A stretch of DNA of 64,000 nt from Octopus vulgaris (GCA_951406725.2 OX597815.1:146754001-146818000); one strand, 5' to 3'. Counted from the stretch's first letter, positions 29,848-43,879 are shown. The notes: generated by a model not told the origin, from the letters alone. A program made the numbers and translations.

Positions 29848-30531
29848 GATGAGTGGACAAACAAAAGTAAGTAGCATGCATTTTATCAGCTGGGAGTTAC
29901 ATTAATTATTTAATAGCAGTGTGACTTGGTTCCGTGTAAGTATTTTCGTAGGTCCGTGAATAGATAGATTTGTATATATGTGTTTATGGATATATAATGA
30001 CATAATAACACATGCATATATTTCACAATTTTATGTGATCGTTTATATATATATATATATATTTGTATTGAAGCATCTGTATATTAAGTAATTCTGCCGC
30101 CATATGCGATCTTTAAAATGAAAGAACTGATGTAGAAGCGGCTTGATTGTAAATCACGTTTGTATATGTAACGACACGGTTCAATGCATTTAGCCCTTTT
30201 CATATGGACCCGAGTGATTATGAAGTAGAATTTTAATTATTAAAGGGCTGAAATTCAGATTTATAGCAGGAAGTCTATATATAAACTTGAGAAAAGTTGT
30301 CATTGCATAATTCATATTTTGACGCATATAGAAATATATTAAGATATAAAAACACATATAAACCCATAATCATACAATGACACCGGTTTTATTGAAATAC
30401 CTGTACGACAGTAATTATTTATGTATCAGTACAGAAGAGGTTAGAAAAATGCATTACAGTTTAAGCCTTGTTCATTATGCGTCCCAACTTTAATCATTTG
30501 CTTCTTTCAGTGGCCATGCTGGACGATTGGA

Positions 30532-30559
30532 CGATACAGAGGTGAACAGGAAAAACAAC

Positions 30560-30623
<64 letters not shown>

Positions 30624-30646
30624 ATGTGTGTGTGTGCATATATGTG

Positions 30647-30678
<32 letters not shown>

Positions 30679-30920
30679 GAATTGGAACAAAATCGCAATA
30701 GTGGACAAAAAAACATTCGGGCAGATAGGCGATACAGAGATGAACAGGAAAAACAACAATTAGAAGGACAAGGAAAGAAAGCGACGGGTCAGTCCTGGCG
30801 TTCTTTCTTCAGTCAACTTACCAGATGTCCTTACAGTTTTGGGCAGTTACACTCGAGATTTTTCGATCTGGTTGCCCCCCACCTCCACAAAGTCTAAGCT
30901 AAGAATATTAGATTGTCTTG
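30532..30920. mobile_element. Interspersed element fragment with a 33-bp direct duplication around a (TA)/(TG) tract
   Basis: CGATACAGAG(G/A)TGAACAGGAAAAACAACAATTA at 30532-30564 and 30730-30762, followed by a GC-richer body containing CTGAAGA on the minus strand. Confidence 0.5.
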
Positions 30921-31056
30921 TAAGAAACCTAGCGAACCTATACGGCAAGGAAAACTAAAAAGACAACATGGTACAAAATTACGAATACAAATAACAAGGA
31001 TATTGCAAGAGGTGTCTTTCGACTGAGGACGAATCTTTCGTTCTTTCCAATAATGC

Positions 31057-31110
31057 TATGTGTGTGTGCACGAGCTTTATATATATATAAAGCTCGTGCA
31101 CACACACATA
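31057..31110. repeat. Perfect 54-bp palindrome centred on (AT)5
   Basis: TATGTGTGTGTGCACGAGCTTT-ATATATATAT-AAAGCTCGTGCACACACACATA equals its own reverse complement. Confidence 0.95.
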
Positions 31111-31366
31111 CCATTAATTTCAACGAACGAAAGAAAATAGCAGCTGCTGATGTCCATATTGAATGTAAGATATGTGGCTTCCCATTTTCGTCAAATTATA
31201 TCCTAGAGTAGCTATAGTGTAAATCATTACTAAATTAGTTTACTACCTTCGTGAAGAACGTGTTATCAACGACGCGTCATTAATTGAAGAATATTTATTC
31301 TATACAGAAAATGGCGAAAGAAATATATATATTACCTTCACCGTCATACATACATATATATATATG

Positions 31367-31439
<73 letters not shown>

Positions 31440-31779
31440 ATGTATGCGTGTGTGGGTGGTGTTTATGATTGCGTGTAAATATATATATATATGTGTGTGT
31501 GTGTGTACCACTGTTTGTGTATATATAAGTATTGTTTATGGCCAATTTAGCGTAGCTGTCCGCTATGAGAGGACATGTTATCTCCAAGTAGTTTATTCAC
31601 TGAGCTTCTCACACTCGACATTTGTTTCAAGTGGGAGATAAACCCACCACCCCCGACCCTGAGACCACCTGACTACGTGATTTTGACATGTATTGGATCT
31701 CCTTGGTGATGGTTCGCCAGGCATGAGAGCAGTTATTCTCGCTTGCAATATGTAGAAAATGCAGTGTCATGCAATTCAC

Positions 31780-31817
<38 letters not shown>

Positions 31818-31823
31818 TATATA

Positions 31824-32077
31824 CTTTGATAGGTTTCGGCCATTATTGGCCCAGGCCATGTCTAACTTAATAGCACCACCTGGTGAAGTCTTTCAAGTCA
31901 GAATTTGGGCACTATGGCCCACTCAAGTAGATAGTTATTGTTTACAGAGACATATCCGGGTGTAGGGGGTTTATCCGGGATTTCTTGAAGGAATCTGTCC
32001 AAAGACTTCTTGAACCCTATAGGGTCAGTTTCTGTTTTAATGTGTTTTGGTGTAATGTTAAAGAGAGCGGGGCCAAT
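31824..32077 (-). mobile_element. 5'-truncated CR1-group LINE: ORF2 C-terminus plus 3' UTR
   Basis: Minus-strand peptide GPALFNITPKHIK...FKKSLDRFLQEIPDKPPTPGY resembles the C-terminus of CR1/L2-group ORF2 (GPxLFNxLP...FKxxLDxFL..IPDxP..PGY). It is followed by a stop and a short 3' UTR ending GGCCGAAACCTATCAAAG plus microsatellite. Confidence 0.8.
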
Positions 32078-33040
32078 ATATATATACATACATATATACA
32101 TTCATACATACATTCAAACGTACATTCATATATACATACATACATACATACATACATATGCCATTAATGTACGTTAAAAAGTGGAAGAAGCTTCTGAGGA
32201 CAGTTTCACGTTTCGCATTTCGATGACCAGTTTTCAAAGAAAAGAGACCCAGTTTCGTTCGCCAATTGATAGCACTGGGAACCTCTAAGAAGTTATCTAA
32301 AATCAGAAATTTCAAACAAAAAACCCCGTGTCTCTCTTTCTGCCCATCAGTAGCAAGGAATGGATGTGTTTACCTTTTTATTAAGCGGAGAATAAAACTT
32401 TCAATACTTTTGGTATTTAATTTCTTCAGATTCACAATGTGTACCGAATAAGGAAGTTAATGTGTATATATTCACAATTCCACAAATACGCACATGTGCA
32501 AATCAGGCTTTTTCTTAATGAGTTAGGATATTTTGTTATTACATTATATGACGGGTAACCTAACGTATTAATCGGCGTATGAAACTAGGTACGTGTTTTG
32601 TGAGGCGTTAACATCAATCTATGAAATGGCGAAACAGTTATGTCCCTTTTGTGTTCCGTATTTCAATAAAATGAAACTATTGTAACGTTCTTATTGCATA
32701 GCTTACATAAAACATACATACACAAACGTATCACACACACAGACACACACATACGCAGGTACACACACGCTGAAACGCATATGAGTTAGCTGCTTTCAGC
32801 ATTAGGAAAATTTGAAGCAAAATTGCTTTGGGAAACCACTGCTTAATAGGTATGAATCAATCGGTTAAACATAAGTGAAACAACAAAGGTTCAAATTTCA
32901 TATTATATCATTTAATGACTAACATATTTGAGCCCATTCAGCTGAAATGTCAGATTATTGAATGCGTGAAGGTAAACTTTTTTATTGTTTTATACAATAA
33001 CATGCGCACGCACATACGCACTCACACACATATATTTGTG

Positions 33041-33072
<32 letters not shown>

Positions 33073-33171
33073 GATATATATGTCTATCTATCTATCTATC
33101 TATATATGTATGAATGTATGTATGTGTCTGTATATACGTACAATATCTATCTATGTATTTATATAGCCATT

Positions 33172-33216
<45 letters not shown>

Positions 33217-33247
33217 GTATACATATGTGTGTGTGTATATGTATATT

Positions 33248-33293
<46 letters not shown>

Positions 33294-33296
<3 letters not shown>

Positions 33297-33653
33297 TTAT
33301 ATATATATAAACGGCAAAATATCTGTGGGTGCGTATCCTTTATACAAATCCACAATTTTTCCGTTAGAGGGCTCGCACTTTCTATGGTCATTCAAAACCG
33401 TCCAAGGGTGAATGTACACATCTTTACATTTCCCCAGTTACCCCGCAAAGCTATTAAAAAATCGATAGAAGTGACTTTTTTCTATCCAAAACCCAATCAA
33501 AGTGCCCGAAACTTTATACGCCAATTGAATGCCAGCTAGCTGTATTGTGATTGGTCGAAGATTTGGACAGTACTCGCGTGTATGTGCGCACGCACGCAGC
33601 TGTATATGCATGCACTATCACTATGACCCGGCAACGCCGGGTCATAGTGCAAG
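33294..33653 (+). mobile_element. Non-autonomous Helitron (~360 bp)
   Basis: Starts TCTTTATATATATATAAACGGC after an A and ends with the GC hairpin GACCCGGC-AAC-GCCGGGTC then ATAGTG-CAAG (CTAG variant) before a T. No TSD, consistent with Helitron A|T insertion, here inside (TA)n. Confidence 0.75.
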
Positions 33654-33657
33654 TATA

Positions 33658-33764
<107 letters not shown>

Positions 33765-33808
33765 GTATCTATATATACACGCATACGTATACACATACAT
33801 ATATACAT

Positions 33809-34546
33809 ATGCCCAAGAACAAAGACTTGAGTGCACAGTATGGTGGAAGCCATAATCACTGATAATAAACAGGGATATTGGTGGAATTTCCCAGTGAAAA
33901 ACGTCAATAGAATGTAAACTCAATAGACCTCTGATATGATGATTTGTGATAGAGAAGGGAAGCTGTGTTCTGCTGGGAAAATCAGCTGCCCAGCGGATGT
34001 CAACATGAAGCGAAAAATCAGTAGAGAAGAATATATCTACATTGAACTATTGAAAAATTTGCAGTTACTCTGTCCAGATTTCAAGTTCAGGACAATGTAA
34101 TACGTAACCAATCTTGAGGAATTAGGCTTCACAAAACCAGAAGAAAGAAAGCTGATTCGAACAATAAAAATGTGATCCATCACTGGAACAGTAAAAAATC
34201 TGTAAAACTTACCAGATGTTTATTATTTATGTATATATGAGCAAGTCTAGATATACAAATATATGTATATCTATTTGAGAAGACATACATAAAACGAAAC
34301 ATACAAATTTACTCCTGGACATGTATACATACATATATGCGTGCAAACATGCATGCATACATATGTACATACATTCATACATGCATACATACGTACATAC
34401 ATTCATACATGCATACATACATACATACATTCATACATGCATACATACATACATACATACATACATACATACAAAAATACCCCGTTGATGATTCTGAGAT
34501 TCCACTGAAAGAGCCTTGGTTCTAGGTTAGAAAAAGGCTCTTTCTT
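33809..34546 (+). mobile_element. 5'-truncated, frameshifted R4/Dong-type LINE (RLE domain plus 3' UTR)
   Basis: Degenerate translation YWWNFPVK...NRP.DMMICDREGKLC..ISCPADVNMK...NLQLLCPDFKF...ITGTVK fits a PD-(D/E)xK restriction-like endonuclease of RLE LINEs. The 3' UTR with internal (TACA)n is homologous to 56700-57030. Confidence 0.8.
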
Positions 34547-36174
34547 TATATATATATGTGTGTGTGTGTGTGTTTGTATGTGTAAGAAGTTAGAGAGTTT
34601 GAGAGGCTTTATATTTAAATGGTATGTAGATATATGTGTGTCTAAAGATATATATGCGTATATTGCAGTATGTGCTACAACTCATAATAACCAACATTGA
34701 TTTCTTGAGTTTCGATATGGTTATATGATATGTTATTGAAATATAATGTATTACAACTGTTAGTTTCTGAGGCCACGCATTCCCTAAAATATTAAACTCC
34801 TCTTCTTTTCATTGCATTAGAATTTAGCTGGGATAGGGTATCTCGAACTACGTTATGCAATGCAATCCTTCATCCATAGTACAGTTTGATCGTAGAGAAA
34901 TCCAATATCACTTCTCTCAGCTCGGTAAAAGAAGAATGATTCGCTGGCATGGCCACGAATAAACTTTGTCTTATATATGTTTCATCATCTTTCATGTTAA
35001 AAGGAATAAGGGCATCAGGACAAAATTATAGCAACGTAGCAACTGCTACGGCATGCAATGTTATCTGCGCAACGCGCTGTTTGTAAAACTCAATTTGCCG
35101 ATAGTTTATCAGGAAATAACAGTTTATTGCAAATCGCAAATCTTTCCAAATCTGCTTTCATAACTACATGAGAAAATCATGAATGCTAGATAGTCGACTT
35201 GCACTCGTATCTCTATTGAAATCTGCTGGCATATTTGATTTATTTCGAAGTTAGATCCAGCATTATGGCGCCTGCTGATATCAATAAACAACACTAACAA
35301 ATAGTGCAATAAAAATGGTGGCAACACATTCAACTGTGATATAAAACGTGATGTCTGATCTTCTGTAAAAGAATAATGAACGAATACGTATGTAATCAAA
35401 GTTGATAAAAAAGACGATTGAGTGAAAGACACAGGCTACAAATCATTAAGCAATTAGTAGCAATAATGTATGTAAAATGTCAAAGAATCTCCTCTTATTG
35501 CGTACCATCAAAGACAAGAAGGTCTAACAGGCCAGCAATTATTTCAATTAACTAAACAATTGTCAAGTCATGATTCAATAATATTAACCAAACTCATCTT
35601 TCGTGTTCAGTCGATAAACATTAGAGCACGCACAGAGGCAAACATCAAAGAGACGAGCAGTGGGAAAATAAAACCCGCCAGTGATCACCAAATAATCAAA
35701 GTGACGAAGAAGTAATAGAAAGAAAGAACAGAGACAAAGAAAGAATAGAAGAAAGAAAGGAGAAAGAACATAACAAAGAAAGAAGCGTGTAACTGTAAAA
35801 GAACAAGAAAAAATAATGAAACAAATGAGTGGGGGCACAGAGAAAGACAGAGAAACGGGAACGTGCCAATTAATGTTATAACATGCGTGAGATAATAAGC
35901 GAATTAATGCGGCAAGTACAGTAATGTGTTATTTAGAAATTATAAGTCACAGTCTATCAAAGTAAAATATAAGCCACAAACTTAACCAACCTAACATAAT
36001 TAGCAACAATTTCCCCTTATTGTAAATTATGAGAAAGTGTCGTGATTTCATTGTCCTCTGCTATATAATATAAGCCAACCCTATCTTTATTGGTGAGAAT
36101 ATTGAAAAAGCTGTTTCATATACAAAACAAACTGGAATTGCACTGCTATTATTATTATGTAGGTTGTATACCCG

Positions 36175-36306
<132 letters not shown>

Positions 36307-36532
36307 GTTTATATTTTTCATTCTACCATACACTTTTTGCAACCAGCTTCCCGTCTTTTTCTCGTTATTTCACTTGTACCAGTGTCCTGTTTCGTACTTT
36401 GAATAGAGCAGGTGGTTTGGGCTTGATCATCGCTTGGAGATTAAAGGCGTGTTGTGAAAACCAGCCTTGGCCATCGTCCCTAATGTCAGAAACTATTACG
36501 AACTCGCATCTTTACACTGTGTACATTAATTT

Positions 36533-36624
<92 letters not shown>

Positions 36625-37444
36625 GTGTGTGTGTGTGCATGTATGTATGTATGTATCCATATAACATATGTATATGTTTGTATATATATTCACATGAAAT
36701 AGGTGCTCAATACATAATGTAGAGTTTATATGTATTGAGGCTTCAAACATATTTGTGTCTAATGTTTCCCACTATCCAAAACAACTTGATAATCAGGAAC
36801 GGTGTATCTATATATAAACAGTTTGACAGAATATGTATTGCATATTTACACATTCATGTTCAGTATTCTATATGTCCATGCCTTCCTGTCGCATTTGCAA
36901 CAAATATATTAGGAATGAAGGTGACGTTTCTACTGAACACATCATGTCAATGAATAAAGGTAATATTTTTACTATTATGGTACACATAATCAGAGTGTTT
37001 CACTCCATTATGTGGTTCTACTTTCAAATCGAAATTCAAGGAACACATACAGTTATATATGTGTGTGTATGTAGGTATGTATGCATGTATGTACAAAACA
37101 TATACACAATATAGATGAGTTTTATGCACATGGGGATACACACACATATAGATGGTATACCCATAAATGTAACATCTATATATGTGTGCGCGTGTATAAA
37201 TGTATGTGTCTATGTGTGCGGTCGCAATCATATGTCAGCGAGAAACTGATTAGCATTTAGGGAAATACTCTGATTTGCATAATACACAATATATATGCTA
37301 CCATACATCTTGGACTTGCTGTATCTCTCCATTCGTGAAGTCTCAACGGGTTAGGTATTTTTTTTTTGTAAGAAGTATGTGAAACTTACTGGTGTAAAGC
37401 TGAATCAAACTGCTTTAAATAAGCTTGATAATGTTTATGTATAT

Positions 37445-37559
<115 letters not shown>

Positions 37560-37921
37560 CTTACCTACCTATATATCTATGTGTGTGTGTGTGTTTGTGC
37601 TTGTGTGTATGTGTGTGTGTGTGTGTGTGTGTGCGTATGTTTCTATATATACGAATATACCATGCATACATGCACATACATATACATATATGCAGATACA
37701 TATGAAACTATATTTGTATATAAATATGTACATATGCATGTGTGTATACATATATATGTACCTTCATGCACACACAAAAAACATAAATACATATATAAGT
37801 GTTTGTATTTTCTGTGTATGGAGGTACAGTGAATCATATATGGATACAAACTCATGTACAAAATAGCTGGTATGTTTCTGTGAAATTATATTCATACAAA
37901 CATATAGATATATTCAAATAA

Positions 37922-37960
37922 CTTTGATAGGTTTCGGCCGGTATAGACAAGGCCATGTTC
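37922..37960 (-). mobile_element. Short 3'-end remnant related to the CR1-group LINE at 31824
   Basis: CTTTGATAGGTTTCGGCC...AGGCCATGT is shared with 31824-31861. Confidence 0.6.
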
Positions 37961-38451
37961 ATATACGTAATTATACATATAATGTCTACGTGAATTCCCG
38001 CTGAGCTACGAAAACTTCTTACTCATATTTACTCATATTTACATACAATGATTTTACTTTTTAATGTAGAACAGAAATAGAATACACTTTGAAAGCGTAC
38101 GCATAAACGGAGCAGAAGAACGTTACTCATAATGAAATGAATATATGACGACTATACGGATGTAAATATGGCTGTGTTGTAGAATTCATGTCAAGGTCTA
38201 TGCGACGCAACAATTAAAACGTTTATACTTAGTGGCAATTAATTTGATACGTCTGCATATGAACCTAAATATTCAAACAAATAGCCTAATATGAACCATG
38301 CCAGGACTATGGTGTCTTACGTCAGCACATAGAATTATTTTCATTTTTTGTTTAATTTTCTATTTGTAAATATCATAATACTTTTCAAGGTCAAATTTTC
38401 AGATGTGAAAAATGTTTCAAAACTTAGATATTATACAGAAACTAAATATAC

Positions 38452-38518
<67 letters not shown>

Positions 38519-38526
38519 TATAAATA

Positions 38527-38780
38527 TATATAAGAAAAAGGTTTGAAAATGCAATTTAAACGATGTTTATTTACTTAACCGGTTTCACTCTTTGGTAAAA
38601 GATTGTCAAAAGTTACATTTTTTTGAACCCATATTATTCAATGTTTCCTTAAATGTAACTTTTGACAATCTTTTACCAAAGAGTGAAACCGGTTAAGTAA
38701 ATAAACATCGTTTAAATTGCATTTTCAAACCTTTTTTCTTATATAATCCCTCGTGCGATACCCCACAACTCAACTTTTTT
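38527..38780 (+). mobile_element. Fold-back element 1: ~94-bp inverted arms (38527-38620 / 38651-38745), 30-nt loop, ~35-bp tail, embedded in (TA)n; putative Penelope-like remnant
   Basis: Arms are complementary except for one indel in an A/T run. The right arm carries a hammerhead fold followed by AATAAA. Confidence 0.75.
38658..38698 (+). ncRNA. Minimal type I hammerhead ribozyme, U3-A8 core variant (mirror copy at 38573-38613 on minus)
   Basis: Stem I ACTT/AAGT; core TTGACAA; stem II U.U then CTTTT/AAGAG with ACCA loop; GAAA; palindromic CCGG stem III/loop; predicted cleavage after GTT (38694). Confidence 0.6.
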
Positions 38781-38811
38781 ATATAAATATATATATATAT
38801 ATAAAAATATA

Positions 38812-38868
<57 letters not shown>

Positions 38869-39595
38869 GTATATTATGTGTGTGTGTGTACGCGTAACAA
38901 AACTTCCATATACTACGAATTCATAAACAAGTAAAACCCTTACCAGGATTTGAATCCTGATGAACGGCAACGACGAAATAACAATCTATGATATAACAAA
39001 CATCAAAATGACCGTAAACAAAGAAACAGTGTTTCCGTTGTTGTAAGCTTTTAGTAATATGGAGTATGAAGGATGGCAAATATTTGTGAACACATTCAAA
39101 ATAACTTAAACGGAAGCTGCTTTATAAACTGTTCTTCATAGAATATAATACACAGGTATGGATATGTATCGAATGCATGTATATGTGCAGACGATGTGCG
39201 TAAATATATATGCTTGTATTCATGTATGCATATATTAGAATAAAAACACTGATCAAATGGATTTTATAGATACCATAGGCACTAATCTGAGATGAGATAT
39301 TCGTTTATTTGTGGAGGATAAACTCTAATATCAGTAAATATTCGCAGTGAAAAAATGGGAATACATGACAACGAAATGTGGAACTAACTATAAATGTTAT
39401 CTTGGTAAACTTTTGAGATTTATCTTCTTTTAGTATGATAAAGCGAAACTTTTAAAAAAGTTGAGATGCTTCCTTTGCTGAAGATACACTGCTTATTTAT
39501 GCTTCACCTTCTGCAGAAAAAACCTGCATACATGCTCACACACAGGCACATGCACGAACAATAACTCGCGAACAGAAATAGGACTGAGTGAATGT

Positions 39596-39630
<35 letters not shown>

Positions 39631-40065
39631 ACACCTCACACACACGCATACATACATACACACGCAGTTATTCATATACGTATGTATCTTTTTTAAATTT
39701 ATAAAAAAGAGGTTTTATTTAGTAGATACTCTTATAAAAAATGGAAGATAAATTCAAGCTTTTTTTTTTATAGAATCTATACTTTCAAATGCACCAAAGT
39801 AAATTTAAGAAAACATTTATAATTTATAGATAATATGCAATAAACTATATAGCTTATATTCAATATGAATACAATGTGGATGTCTCATTTTAATGTACGC
39901 TTTTGAAATACAATTTTGAAGGAAATATTTTTTACGTGTTACAGAAATATTTATGTGAATGCATGTATGATATATGTATGTATGTATGTATTTATGTATG
40001 TATCTATATATATATGTGTGTGTGTACATATGTGTACATGTTTGTGAATATGTGTGTATATCTGC

Positions 40066-40105
<40 letters not shown>

Positions 40106-43100
40106 ATATATATATGGTTCACCTGCGTTTTAAAGATGAAGGAATTGTATTAAGGCACTTTATATAACAAATGCATACAGTAAAATATGTATATGCATAC
40201 CATACACACACAGACACACACAAAGGCACAGAGACACACGAACATACACGGACAGACACACACACATACGCACGCACACACACCACATACACATGTATAC
40301 ATGTTTATAAGTATATGTCACACAAGTTGAATGTCTTGTAATATTTCCACTGAAAGGGAATGGATACGAAAACACATGAGTTTATTTTAGAGCGCTCATG
40401 TACAAAAGGGATGTTGTGTTTGCATTTATCTTAGGGAGTTTGTAGTAAGTGAATATTCTTATCCAATGCAATCAATTCCGGCAGGTAAATGAGAGATTTG
40501 AATGTAGATTTAAACTTTTCATACCGCCAAAAGAATTGTGTCTATGCCCACCAGTTTCATTGGTTGCCCGGGAAATATGTACATATGTTCGTGTGTGCGT
40601 GTTTATCTCAAATTCATTTTATTTATTTAGTTTGTAAGAATTGAAATGTTGTAGGACTCAGCTCGATTAATGAATTCATAATAATCATATATATATTCTC
40701 AATATGAATTAACACAATTTTACGAAATTTTATAAAGCTTCACATTTGCAGCTTTACACAAATTGTTGCTTTGGAAAGTGGCCGGAGAATATCAACATAT
40801 CTGTTAAATTACAGTGTTCATCGCACCACTACAGAAAGCTGCAACCTGAAAACGTTTGATCGGTGCATGAGATGGTTTCTGAAAGCTTCTTGTGAAACTC
40901 TTCGAGTATGGAGAGTTGATTCCTGCAGAATGATAGCATACATTACCATTATGGGGGCTATACACCTATATACACCCTTTGATACATCAAACAGCTCCCT
41001 TTTAATTAAGTTTTCATTTAATTCGTGCATTCGTTCACTGAACACTAGAACAGTGATTGCCTTGCTCTGTTGTAGAATTTCGAAGAGAATCATCTCTTTG
41101 ATATCTTATCAAAAACGTATTTACCACAAAACCATATTACAGTTAACATTTTGTTGTGGCTGAAATGTTGTCTCATGTCCTGATGGAAACCCTTTCCATT
41201 CATAGTTAACATAGTATATATTGCAGATGCTGGCATCGTAATTCTTTAACACTTGCAAGTCTTGAATTCTGCTGGCAGTGTCTTATGGCTAAAGGCAAAG
41301 TTTCTCTGTGTTTTGGCATCGTAAAAATACAACAATTCTGAATTCCTCATAATGGATGCATTTAAAAAAAAATCATTAGTCAACTCTGTACGTACATACA
41401 TAAGCAAATGATGCGCACACGTTCTCAGTTATTGAGGTATAGTATAGTTGATTGAATTCTAAATGATTTTTAAAGTTTTTTAGCCACTCGGAAATGACAA
41501 AAGACATCGTTGATTTCGAATGTTAGGAACCATTTTTAAAATTCACTGGACATTTTTTTTTAAAACTTTACCTTTTCGAACTGGTTATGATTTACGAGGC
41601 TCTATTGTGTCCCATGACAACGAACACACACACACATACACACGAATACACACACACACACATATATACATATAACCTATATTCCTTTATTTGGCAAAAC
41701 ACGCCTCTCTGGCAATACTTCAGAAACAAAAAAAAACAACAGAGAATCTGCCGTTCATAATATGACCATATATTTGTTATATGTATGAGATATGAATTAA
41801 TAAATATTTAAGTAATATATTTCACTCTCATGAAATCTTACCCATCAATACTTCCATCAATCTACTGTTATATAAGACGGTTGATCAGTATACAAACGTA
41901 CTATGAAGTCACTTCACCAATCTCCTCTGTCATTTATATATAATTATACAGCCAAAATAATTATTTTGTATCGGAAAATGATTCATGGAAATCGATTATC
42001 TGTTAAAATACCATAACCAAATCCCATTACATATAGCGAATAGCGTTAGGTATTTTTATCCCCAAACCATGTTCTGTAATAACCGGTGCACACACACACA
42101 CACACACTCTCTCTCTCTCTCTCACGCACACACACATGAGTGTGTGCATGCCGTTGTGTGTGTGTGAGTGTGTGTTTGTGTGTGTATCTGTGTCTGTGAG
42201 TGTGTATGTCTGTATGTGTGCATGTGTATTTATTATTAGATATATTTTTAGATCTTCCGAACAGGTTTTCAATATCAGATAAATCTGTAGTTTAAAAATC
42301 AAGTAACTAAAGGATATGAAAAGCATACTGCTATTGCATATATCTCCATGCGTCTAATAAGTCGGAAGCTGTTTTTAAGTAAATATAGTCATTCTCATTT
42401 ATAAATTCTGTTTCCTTCTGCCTTTCCTTGTACAGTTTAATTAGTCAGTGCATCTTAGCGAGCAAACTTTCATCAAATTAGATTGTTAATGTGTGATTCA
42501 CATGAAATCTACTCTGAGACAACATACGAGGCAGTTCATGTAATTGAATTGACAGCTGTACACTAGTGAACGCCATTGCTTAAGAGAAAGTTTTGAAGTA
42601 ATAATTTCTAAAAGAGTTTTTCATAAATAGTCCATAAATTGACTGTAATATTTATAAAATTCGATTGACGTTATTTTCTTTTCAGGGAGAAATATAATTA
42701 CAAATTTGCTTGATGATCAAAGGTTTCTTCATCATACTGTCTTTCCTTAATCAAATGTGTTGGATAAATGTAAAAGAATTAACCATTCTTTCTATGTAAT
42801 CGCATATTTTGATGCGAAAAAACGAATTAGAAAAAAGTATATTGAAATATATAAAACAAATACCAGCTAATGAAATATAACTAAATTGCTGCATGAAAAC
42901 AAATCTGTGGAAAAGCAGTAAAACTATGAACTATTTCTAATTAAATTTCTTTGAAATATATAACATAACAAGTTAAAAATACAAAATGATAACACGGAAG
43001 AAAACATTCTCTCATTCAACATTTTCGGCAAAGGGTTAAATCGACTTCAATTGTTGTTCACCGGTTGAATGAAACCAACAAAATTGTTGATTACTCAAAT

Positions 43101-43670
43101 GTGCACATTACAACATTTAGTGCAGTTATGCATATTGTGATATTGAGAAGCGAGACGTTATTGTATCAGTTAACTAATTAATATAAACATTTTCATTAGT
43201 ATGAGGCAGAAGAAACGAAACAAAACAAATTAAAGTACTCTATTGAACCATAGACGTCAAACGTTAAATTCTAAGGTGTTATTTATTCGAAACCTGGCTT
43301 TCTTTCCAATGTGAAGGATATTATTGATAATGCAAAAGGTAAAATATAATAAGCAACATCAACGGTAATAACAAAGTAACTAATGCTAAAATCTATGACG
43401 AAAATGCAGCAGAATAATAACTGTTTCTAACAACAACATATAGAATGAACTAGAGGAAATAACTGAAGTTTGTCAAAAGCCTGAACTACACGGAGGGTTG
43501 ATATAATCAATAATATGTTCCAAAAATTTCTCACTTAATTAAAATATTAGGAAACAGTGCTAATTTATTGTAACTCAAAGTAATGGGTAGCTAATTTCAA
43601 GGAAAAACAAGCAGTCTGACATATTCAATTCAAATAATTATGTGAAAATATGGTTCTTCATTACAAGTAA

Positions 43671-43879
43671 GGGGGAAGATGAAGATATGTGGGTTAAGTC
43701 GATTACATATGTGGGTTAAGTCGATTACATCGACCCCAGTGCGTACCTGGTATTTACTTAATCGACCGCAAAAGGATGGAAGGCAAAATCGACCTCGGGG
43801 GAATTTGAACTCTGAACGTAACAGCAGCCGAAATACCGCTAAGCATTTCGTTCAGCGGTATTCTGTCAGTTCGCCACCT
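43671..43879 (-). mobile_element. SINE-like element, family A, with internal 22-bp tandem duplication
   Basis: AAGGATGGAAGGCAAAATCGACCTCGGGGGAATTTGAACTCTGAACGTAAC...AAATACCGCTAAGCATTTCG; ATATGTGGGTTAAGTCGATTAC occurs twice at 43685-43728. Confidence 0.85.

Noticed and set aside
41273-41295. miR-34-like TGGCAGTGTCTTA
   Set aside because: Only a 13-nt match, the 3' half does not fit, and no star arm was seen.
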